Assembly: GCA_029561555.1 (NCBI GenBank)
Contig: JAKQXH010000045.1
Coordinates: 1-56,950 of the forward strand
Reading direction: 5' to 3'
Origin: Candidatus Omnitrophota bacterium
GTDB taxonomy: Bacteria > Omnitrophota > Omnitrophia > Omnitrophales > Omnitrophaceae
Length of the DNA: 56,950 nucleotides
The notes beneath the pieces are model-generated. The model was not told the DNA's origin and ran no database searches. It saw only the letters and a list, made by a program, of their open reading frames with translations. The translations under genes were made by a program, and so were the position numbers. Positions 50,082-56,950 of this stretch are shown here, one piece after another. Position 1 is the first letter of the stretch. Every line of letters begins with the position of its first letter.

Positions 50082-50228
50082 TCAGTCTGATACAAAAATG
50101 GTTTTTACACCCCGATAGACTCGGGAACAATCTTTCCCGGCCCCTTTAATGGTCTCTCCGCATCCGCCCATACAAAGCGCAAGCATGAGAAAAACCGCGA
50201 CGACGCCCCATCTTTCTTGTTTCCGCAT
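50082..50228 (-). CDS. Entericidin EcnA/B-like small lipoprotein (48 aa)
   Basis: GAGG SD; MRKQERWGVVAVFLMLALCMGG-CGETIKGAGKDCSRVYRGVKTIFVSD; C-x(1-2)-T-x-x-G-x-G-x-D pattern. Confidence 0.75.
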   Translation of the reverse strand: MRKQERWGVVAVFLMLALCMGGCGETIKGAGKDCSRVYRGVKTIFVSD

Positions 50229-50428
50229 GTTCGCACGCCTCTCTTCTTTGCCAGGTATCTTTACGCCATACGATATAAGTATCTTATCCGATTAGTATAT
50301 ATATTCACAACCTAATTTTCGGAAGACTTCATTGAAAAACCATAGATCAGTCCGGTTCCGTTTCTTTTTATCCCATCGCGCTTATATAATTGCTTCTCGA
50401 AAGCAAAAATCCCTCTGACCGGAAACCA

Positions 50429-51451
50429 TTACCCTTCCGGCATTTCCGTTTCCGAAAATGCCCTTAAAAAGCCCTCGTTTCCCTTGCCGGTGTAATCCAG
50501 TAAAATCCACGGCATTTTCTTAGGGTAATAGATTTCCGTGATTCCGATGGGCCTATCCGCCAAGTAGTTTGCCTTGACCCAGGGGAATCCGTTCTCATGA
50601 TAAACGGTAATAGGACCGTCCCGCATTCCCGCTTTAAAATTCAATTCCGCCATCACGGCCCCCGACCGATAATAAAAGCGAATTACCCCGTCTAACTTAC
50701 CGTCTTTCAGTTCAAGCCATGAGCTGACTTCCCCGGTTTGATACTGAGTTGCAATCCTTTCCGCCTTACTTTCGCCCGCAGCCCCCCACTCCATTTTCAA
50801 TTGCCCCTTCTCGTCATACGCCCGAAAATACCCCTGTTCGTTATTGCGTAAAAACCGGATTTCTTCCTTTCTCTGAGCATTTTCGGAATAAAATCCGGGG
50901 AGCCCTTCTAAGCGCCCTTCACTGAAAGTCATTTCAACCCAACGGGTTCCGCTTTCATAATAAATCGCGCTTTCCCCGCTTGCCGTTCCTTTGACAAACT
51001 CCATCTTGGCCCACAAATTACCGTTAGGATAATAGGCCTTGGCTGTCCCATCGATACGGTCACCCTCCAGATGGATTTCAAGCCAGGGCTTCCCGTCTTC
51101 GTAGTAAGCCTTAAAGTCCTTCGCCGGAGATTGTTTTGAAGAAAGGATTTCGGAACTTAAAGCGCCGCTTGTATAAAAGGTTTTTGCGCTCAACGGCGCA
51201 TTTTCGGAAACTTTCGGAGGCGGTTTTTCCTGTTTCTTCTCCATGGAAAATTTCGCGTAACTCTGTTCAACCCCGTCTTGGGCGGTAAGCTCTTCGGATT
51301 GATCGAGTTTTGAATCACCGGCCTCCTCACCTCCGGTCGACCAGAGAGCGTCTCCGTTCCCTTTCGGACTTCCCGATTTCCTCGGAGAAATCAGCAAAAG
51401 AACGATAATCAAAAAATAACCGGTAAATACCGCGATCAGAAATCGTCTCAT
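50429..51451 (-). CDS. Membrane-anchored MORN-variant repeat (YwqK-like) protein
   Basis: N-terminal TM, acidic linker, repeated YYxxG...G..xG units. Confidence 0.85.
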   Translation of the reverse strand: MRRFLIAVFTGYFLIIVLLLISPRKSGSPKGNGDALWSTGGEEAGDSKLDQSEELTAQDGVEQSYAKFSMEKKQEKPPPKVSENAPLSAKTFYTSGALSSEILSSKQSPAKDFKAYYEDGKPWLEIHLEGDRIDGTAKAYYPNGNLWAKMEFVKGTASGESAIYYESGTRWVEMTFSEGRLEGLPGFYSENAQRKEEIRFLRNNEQGYFRAYDEKGQLKMEWGAAGESKAERIATQYQTGEVSSWLELKDGKLDGVIRFYYRSGAVMAELNFKAGMRDGPITVYHENGFPWVKANYLADRPIGITEIYYPKKMPWILLDYTGKGNEGFLRAFSETEMPEG

Positions 51452-51633
51452 GCGAAATAATGTCCCGTTTTTTTTCGGTGAAGCAGTCTTTTAAAGTTCG
51501 CTTCGCACTTCAGAACACGCTTTATTATATAAGCAAACGGCAAAAAATCCGACCGGCTTAACAAAACTTTTAGCAAAATGAAAAATCAAGAACAAGGGAA
51601 AGACAAGAGGGGGAAGGAAAATTTCTGAGTGCG

Positions 51634-51668
51634 GCCCTCAAATTTTTTCGAAGAAAAAATTTGAGGGC
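51634..51668. repeat. Perfect 16-bp inverted repeat overlapping the tRNA 3' end
   Basis: gccctcaaattttttc-gaa-gaaaaaatttgagggc. Confidence 0.9.
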
Positions 51669-51734
51669 GGATGGATTCGAACCATCGACACCCACCTTAA
51701 AAGGGTGGTGCTCTACCAACTGAGCTACGCCCCC
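51662..51734 (-). tRNA. tRNA-Lys(UUU), CCA not encoded
   Basis: GGGGGCG/CGCCCTC acceptor stem, TAGCTCAGTTGGTAGAGC D arm, CCACC-CTTTTAA-GGTGG anticodon arm, GGTTCGAATCC T arm. Confidence 0.97.
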
Positions 51735-51752
51735 ATGAAAAATGGAGAGTTG

Positions 51753-52223
51753 CTACTTTGAAGCGGGTTTCTCCGAAGCAGCTTTTTCAGCTTCGGCAAT
51801 TACTTTCTGATACAAAACTCTTTCCGGGTGTTTGGGCTGAATTTCCAAAACCCTTTTCAGGTAACGCGCGGCGTTTGCCTTGTCCCCGATCGCGTAATAC
51901 GCCATCCCCAAATGTGTCATCGCCGGCCAATATTCCGGATCCAGCTCCAAGGCTTTCAGGAACGTTTCAATCTGCTTTTGCTTGAATTCCATATTACGGG
52001 TCATGGCATATTGAAACCCGTAGGTAATCCCCAGCAGTTGATGCGCCAAAACCGACTGAGGATCCACCGCAATCGCTTCCTGATATTTCTCCGAAGCCTT
52101 GTCATAATCACCCTGCATAATGCAGACAGAGGCTTCTTCGAAAAGAGCGTCTTCCGTCTTTTGAGCGAAACTAATTATCGGCGCAAGAAAAATAAGCCCG
52201 ATCGCTAAAAATATCTTTCCCAT
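51753..52223 (-). CDS. Exported TPR protein (start ATG 52223)
   Basis: Signal peptide ending SFA|Q; TPR patterns AIAVDP, ALELDP, VLEIQP. Confidence 0.85.
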   Translation of the reverse strand: MGKIFLAIGLIFLAPIISFAQKTEDALFEEASVCIMQGDYDKASEKYQEAIAVDPQSVLAHQLLGITYGFQYAMTRNMEFKQKQIETFLKALELDPEYWPAMTHLGMAYYAIGDKANAARYLKRVLEIQPKHPERVLYQKVIAEAEKAASEKPASK

Positions 52224-52259
52224 GGATTTTTCCGCGTAAGGCCTGTGCGCAATCAATCC

Positions 52260-52832
52260 TTAGATTTCCTTAATCTCGGCTTCCTTCTTGGCAAGACTCT
52301 GATCGACACCCTCAATGCTTTTGTCGGTCAGCTTCTGAATGTCTTTCTGCGTTTTCTGGCTTTCGTCTTGAGTGATCGTTTTCGCCTTTTCAAGCCGTTT
52401 TACGGCCTCATTGCCTTCATGCCGCGCGTTTCTTACGGAGACCCGCCCTTCTTCGGCTACTTTTTTGACGAGCCGGATCAATTCGTTTCTTCGTTCCTCC
52501 GTCAGGGGAGGGATTCTGAGGCGGACCACCTTCCCGTCATTTTCCGGCGTAATCCCCAGATCCGAAGCCTGAATCGCTTTCTCGACTTCGCCGACAACCG
52601 TCTGATCCCAAGGTTGAATCAAGATTGTCTTCGCGTCCGGAGTGGAAACCGATCCCAAAGCCTTGATCGGGGTGGGCGTATTGTAATAATTCACGAGGAT
52701 CCCTTCGACCAAATGAATCGAAGCCCTTCCGGTCCTCAAGTTCTGGAATTCCCGGCGACAGGACTCCACCGCTTTTTCCATCCGCTTTGAAACTTCCTGC
52801 ACCACATCCTTGATCGTATTGAGCGTCTGCAT
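52260..52832 (-). CDS. frr: Ribosome recycling factor
   Basis: LRTGRA, IQPWD, PPLTEERR, RNARH. Confidence 0.97.
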   Translation of the reverse strand: MQTLNTIKDVVQEVSKRMEKAVESCRREFQNLRTGRASIHLVEGILVNYYNTPTPIKALGSVSTPDAKTILIQPWDQTVVGEVEKAIQASDLGITPENDGKVVRLRIPPLTEERRNELIRLVKKVAEEGRVSVRNARHEGNEAVKRLEKAKTITQDESQKTQKDIQKLTDKSIEGVDQSLAKKEAEIKEI

Positions 52833-52881
52833 AAATCCCCTCCCGCGAGTTTAAAACGCTTTTCTCGGAGTTCTCCGCAAA

Positions 52882-53604
52882 CTAAGCCGTAACGCGGGTT
52901 CCCACCCGCTCCCCCATAACGACTTTTTTGATATTGCCCTTCGTCAGAAGATTGAAAACCACGATCGGCAATTTATGATCCATACAAAGGGAAATCGCGG
53001 TCGCATCCATGACTCCGAGACGTTTCTTCAAAACTTCCATGTAATTCAGCTTTTCGTATTTTTTCGCGGCCCGGTTAATTTTGGGATCTTCCGTAAAAAC
53101 ACCGTCCACTTTTGTCGCTTTCAGCACCACCTCCGCATTGATCTCGATCGCCCGAAGAGCGGCCGTCGTATCCGTCGTGAAATAAGGATTGCCGGTCCCG
53201 CCGCCGAAAATCACCACCCGGCCTTTTTCAAGATGGCGGATGGCGCGGCGCCGGATATACGGCTCGGCCAGTTCCTGCATTCCGATCGCGGTCTGAACGC
53301 GTGTGTGGACCCCCAATTTTTCCAGAATATCCTGAAGGACCAGCGAATTAATAACCGTCGCGAGCATCCCGATATAATCCGCCATGGAATGATCCACCCC
53401 TTCGCTTGCCGCCTCCTTGCCGCGAAAGATGTTCCCTCCGCCCACGACCACGGCCAATTCAATCCCCAATTCGCTGACTTCCTTGATCTGTTGGGCAATG
53501 ACGCGAACCTCCTTAAAATCGATCCCCCGGTCGTTCTCGCCCTGAAGCGCCTCACCGCTCAACTTCAGGAGAATTCGTTTATAGGCAGGTTTTTGCTTTG
53601 ACAT
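52882..53604 (-). CDS. pyrH: UMP kinase
   Basis: [31 protein letters not shown]. Confidence 0.98.
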   Translation of the reverse strand: MSKQKPAYKRILLKLSGEALQGENDRGIDFKEVRVIAQQIKEVSELGIELAVVVGGGNIFRGKEAASEGVDHSMADYIGMLATVINSLVLQDILEKLGVHTRVQTAIGMQELAEPYIRRRAIRHLEKGRVVIFGGGTGNPYFTTDTTAALRAIEINAEVVLKATKVDGVFTEDPKINRAAKKYEKLNYMEVLKKRLGVMDATAISLCMDHKLPIVVFNLLTKGNIKKVVMGERVGTRVTA

Positions 53605-54407
53605 TAACGGCCCACTTCAAATCGGATAAACCTCTGAACGGTCACGGGCGAACCCGCTTTCCCGCTGATTTCGGACAGATATTGGCTGACTCTCTGATCT
53701 TCGTTTTTGATAAAAACCTGGTCCAGAAGGCAGATTTCGGCGAACCATTTATCCAATTTCCCCTGAGCGATTTTTTCCTGGATATTCGCGGGCTTATTCT
53801 TCACGTCGTCGAGGAAAAACTGCTTCTCCCGTTCCACCAGCTCCGCTGGAATATCTTTTGAGGAAATAAACTGCGATCTGGCGGCGGCGATCTGCATGGC
53901 AATATCCCGAGCGCACTGCTCGGTCACTTCATTCCGGGGCCCGTTCAGGGAAACCAAAATGCCGATTTTGTTGTTCGAATGGAGATAAGTCCCCAGCACT
54001 CCGCTTTGCGCGTCCAACCGGGCCGCGCGCCGCAGCTGGACTTTCTCGCCCAATTTCCCGGAAAGTTCCCGAATGGCGTTAATGACCGATTCGTCATTGA
54101 CGACGGAATCCCCCAAACTCAAAGTCTTTTCCTTCAGCGTCTCCAGCATATTTTTAAAATCATCCGTCCGGGCCACAAAATCGGTCTCGCAATTCAATTC
54201 GGCCAAAGCACCCGCCTGCCCCTGAACTTTCAACCCGACCAAGCCCTCCTTAGCCTCCCGTCCTTCGCGTTTCGTCGCCTGAGCGATCCCCTTATCGCGC
54301 AAAACGGAAAGGGCTTTGTCGATATTCCCGGCACTGGCCTCCAGAGCTTTTTTGCAGTCCATAATCCCGGCACCGGTTATTTCACGCAGTTTCTTCACTA
54401 ATTCCAT
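53604..54407 (-). CDS. tsf: Elongation factor Ts (start ATG 54407)
   Basis: [26 protein letters not shown]; GAGGAG SD. Confidence 0.97.
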   Translation of the reverse strand: MELVKKLREITGAGIMDCKKALEASAGNIDKALSVLRDKGIAQATKREGREAKEGLVGLKVQGQAGALAELNCETDFVARTDDFKNMLETLKEKTLSLGDSVVNDESVINAIRELSGKLGEKVQLRRAARLDAQSGVLGTYLHSNNKIGILVSLNGPRNEVTEQCARDIAMQIAAARSQFISSKDIPAELVEREKQFFLDDVKNKPANIQEKIAQGKLDKWFAEICLLDQVFIKNEDQRVSQYLSEISGKAGSPVTVQRFIRFEVGR

Positions 54408-54420
54408 TTCAAACTCCTCG

Positions 54421-55377
54421 TCATTCTTTCGATTTGGTTCCCTTGCGAACCTTCGCTTTGGGAGCACGGGCCTTGTCTTCTTCCGACCCGAATTTTTCAA
54501 CAATCTTTTCCTCTATTACAGTCGTCGGGTCCTCAGTCACTTCTTCGTCCCCGGAACTCTCGGCTGAAGGCTCTTCCGTTTCCGCGTTCTCAGCTTTTTC
54601 GGCGTCTTCGGCCGGCCCGTCTTCGGAGGGTTTTTCGGTTTCCGCGGCCGCCGGTTCGTCCGCCGGCTTTTCGGAAGCCTGAATGGATTGCAGATACTGA
54701 TCCCGCCCCTCTAAAATCTGATTTGTAACCACCTCACAAATCAACTTTACGGCCCGGATCGCGTCATCATTGCCGGGAATCGGATAAATGATCAAATCGG
54801 GATCGCTGTTCGTATCAATCAACGCCACTACGGGAATGCCGAGTTTGGTCGCTTCCCAGACGGAAATTTCTTCCACGTTCGGATCAATCACAAAAACCGC
54901 CTGCGGAAGGCTTGTCATATCCCGAACGCCCGCCAGTACTTTCTCGAGTTTTGCTTTTTCCTTTTGGAGGTGGGCGGCTTCCTTTTTGGTAATGAAGTTG
55001 AAGGTCCCTTCTTCTTCCATCTTTTCGATCGCTTTGAGACGAGCAACGCTTTTCCGGACCGTCTCGAAATTGGTGAGCATCCCTCCCAGCCATCTCTGGT
55101 TCACGAACGGCATGCCGCATTTCTTCGCCCCGGTTTCGATCGGCTCCTTCGCCTGTTTCTTGGTCCCCACGAAAAGGATCTTCCCGCCCTGCCGAGCGAC
55201 ACCCTTCAGAAAAGCGCAAGCCTTCCCAAGATTCGCCAAAGTCTTTTCCAGATCAATGATATAAATGCCATTCCGCTCGCCAAAAATGTACCGTGCCATT
55301 TTTGGATTCCAACGTTGAGTTTGGTGACCGAAATGAACCCCTGCTTCTAATAGCTGTTTCAAACTAACTGTTGCCAT
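54421..55377 (-). CDS. rpsB: 30S ribosomal protein S2 with acidic C-terminal extension (start ATG 55377)
   Basis: [29 protein letters not shown]; GGAGG SD. Confidence 0.98.
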   Translation of the reverse strand: MATVSLKQLLEAGVHFGHQTQRWNPKMARYIFGERNGIYIIDLEKTLANLGKACAFLKGVARQGGKILFVGTKKQAKEPIETGAKKCGMPFVNQRWLGGMLTNFETVRKSVARLKAIEKMEEEGTFNFITKKEAAHLQKEKAKLEKVLAGVRDMTSLPQAVFVIDPNVEEISVWEATKLGIPVVALIDTNSDPDLIIYPIPGNDDAIRAVKLICEVVTNQILEGRDQYLQSIQASEKPADEPAAAETEKPSEDGPAEDAEKAENAETEEPSAESSGDEEVTEDPTTVIEEKIVEKFGSEEDKARAPKAKVRKGTKSKE

Positions 55378-55534
55378 TCGTCCTCCATTTGACATTCATT
55401 TTTTTCATCAAGGGGATATTCTAAAATCCGGTCCCGCATCACTTTCCGCAAACCAATCAAAGTCCCCGCAAGGACAGAACCATCCCCTCATTTCATTTAA
55501 CCGGGATCTATCGTAACCCAAAGGTTAGCGTGGG

Positions 55535-55562
55535 ATTATAGCACATTGTAATACCACGGCAA
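55535..55562 (-). promoter_or_regulatory. Extended -10 promoter of rpsB-tsf-pyrH-frr
   Basis: TTGCCG-16 nt-TATAAT preceded by TGTG. Confidence 0.7.
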
Positions 55563-55692
55563 GGTTTTTTATGCGGTTTTCAACTCGGATTTCGTAGCCT
55601 TCTCAACCCTTTTCTAAGTATCTAAAAAGAGCCTTATTGAAAATTTTTCCCAAAAACCATCCACTCTTAGCCGTCTCAACCCGATCAGCGTC

Positions 55693-56950
55693 TTACTGCA
55701 GTTCATATAAACGCTTGTAGACTCCCTCTTTTCCCCGGAGAAAGTCATGCGTTCCTTCCTGAACAATCCCGCCTTCTTCCAGCACCAAAATACGATCCGC
55801 CTTTTGTACCGTCGAAAGGCGATGGGCAATCACAAAAACCGTCTTCCCCTGCATCAGATTCTCAAGGGCCTTTTGAACCTCCCGTTCGCTTTCGGTATCC
55901 AATTGGGAAGTCGCTTCATCCAGAATCAGAATGGGCGGATTCTTTAAAATCGCCCGCGCAATGGAAATCCTCTGTTTCTGCCCTCCCGAAAGCAGATTCC
56001 CTTTCTCCCCGATATTGGTCCCGTATTGTTCCGGAAGCTCCCGGATAAACTCATCGGCATGGGCCATCTCCGCGGCCCGGCGGATATCTTCTTCGGAAGC
56101 TTCGGGCTTTCCGTAGGAAATATTTCCCCGTATGGAATCATTGAATAAAATCGTCTCCTGCGTCACCAACCCGATCTGATCCCTCAAAGATTTAACGGAA
56201 AATTCGCGAATATCCCTTCCGTTGACGGCGACAAACCCTTTTTGAGGATCGTAGAACCGGGGAATGAGATTTACCAGAGTGGTTTTGCCCGCTCCGCTGG
56301 GACCGACAATCGCGACGACTTCCCCGGACCTCACGGTAAAATCAATTCCTTTCAGGATTTCTTTCCCTTCCGAATACCAAAATCCGACATGGTGAAATGC
56401 CACGGAATGAACGGCCCCTTGAAAATGAACCGCATCACGGCGTTCTTGGATCGCGGGTATTTGATCGATAATTTCGAAAATCCTGCTGCCGGCGCCGATC
56501 GATTGCTGAATCGAACTGTTTACCTTGCTCAATTTTTTGATAGGCTCATAAAACATGAACATGGAACCGATAAACGCCACAAACCGGTCCGCGGGAAGCG
56601 TCCGCATTCCGAACCAAATCGCAAAAGCCGCCCCAAAAGCCCCTAAAATTTCGATCAGAGGTTTTTGCACAATAGTAACTTTGAGCATTTTTTTGAAATA
56701 ATTGAATACCCGCATATTCACGGCTTCGAATTTGGAAATTTCGTGGTTTTCCATGTTGAAAGCTTTTACGATACGTGCCCCGGTAAAAGACTCTTCCATG
56801 ATGGAGGTGATGTCGGCAAATTTCTCCTGCATTTGCCTCGTCACTTTTCTCAAACGTTTCCCCAAAATAATGATGGGAACCGTCACAACCGGAAAAACCG
56901 CGATACTCACAAAACCGAATTTTCCGCCGAAGTAAAACGCCATGGGGATA
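55693..56950 (-). CDS. MsbA-like ABC exporter (TMD+NBD), 5' end outside the window
   Basis: GPSGAGKT, LSGGQKQR, ILDEATS, IAHRLST after TM helices; frame open to the window edge. Confidence 0.9.
   Translation of the reverse strand, partial: IPMAFYFGGKFGFVSIAVFPVVTVPIIILGKRLRKVTRQMQEKFADITSIMEESFTGARIVKAFNMENHEISKFEAVNMRVFNYFKKMLKVTIVQKPLIEILGAFGAAFAIWFGMRTLPADRFVAFIGSMFMFYEPIKKLSKVNSSIQQSIGAGSRIFEIIDQIPAIQERRDAVHFQGAVHSVAFHHVGFWYSEGKEILKGIDFTVRSGEVVAIVGPSGAGKTTLVNLIPRFYDPQKGFVAVNGRDIREFSVKSLRDQIGLVTQETILFNDSIRGNISYGKPEASEEDIRRAAEMAHADEFIRELPEQYGTNIGEKGNLLSGGQKQRISIARAILKNPPILILDEATSQLDTESEREVQKALENLMQGKTVFVIAHRLSTVQKADRILVLEEGGIVQEGTHDFLRGKEGVYKRLYELQ

Noticed and set aside
50429-51451. YwqK-type toxin-antitoxin system
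   Set aside because: MORN-variant repeats are generic, and no adjacent toxin gene is visible.
51452-51734. Integrated element at tRNA-Lys
   Set aside because: No integrase, and no direct repeat of the tRNA 3' end noticed elsewhere in the window.

Overview
Chromosomal window (roughly 50-55% GC by eye, almost all genes on the - strand) from a diderm bacterium. Gene content and order (non-lipoprotein BamD next to lptE-holA-rpsT-murJ, many stand-alone receivers, a giant exported protein) suggest a PVC-related lineage such as Omnitrophota; this is inference. The main feature is absent from the ORF track: a stop-free - strand frame from 7923 off the left edge (>2,640 aa). It encodes a signal-peptide-bearing protein built from a degenerate tandem repeat spaced at exactly 303 bp (101 aa) for 14 consecutive units, with a spectrin-like two-turn pattern, plus a 3x90-bp EKAAA helical insert. 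From left to right the rest holds: lnt-secA-prfB (programmed +1 frameshift); uvrC-murJ; rpsT; holA-lptE; a 1057-aa BamD/coiled-coil fusion; yyaL; a thermonuclease; a candidate sigma54-driven hsp20 x3/clpB operon containing a TAG-interrupted small membrane gene; a Rrf2(CymR-like)-metY-cysK-metX-metW operon; a superoxide dismutase; a glycosyltransferase; a cluster of 5 stand-alone receivers and 2 hybrid kinases (one frameshifted); malQ; a GH57 gene; terC; an entericidin-like lipoprotein the ORF track missed; a MORN-repeat protein; tRNA-Lys(UUU); frr-pyrH-tsf-rpsB; and a partial MsbA-like exporter. No CRISPR array, prophage or IS was seen.
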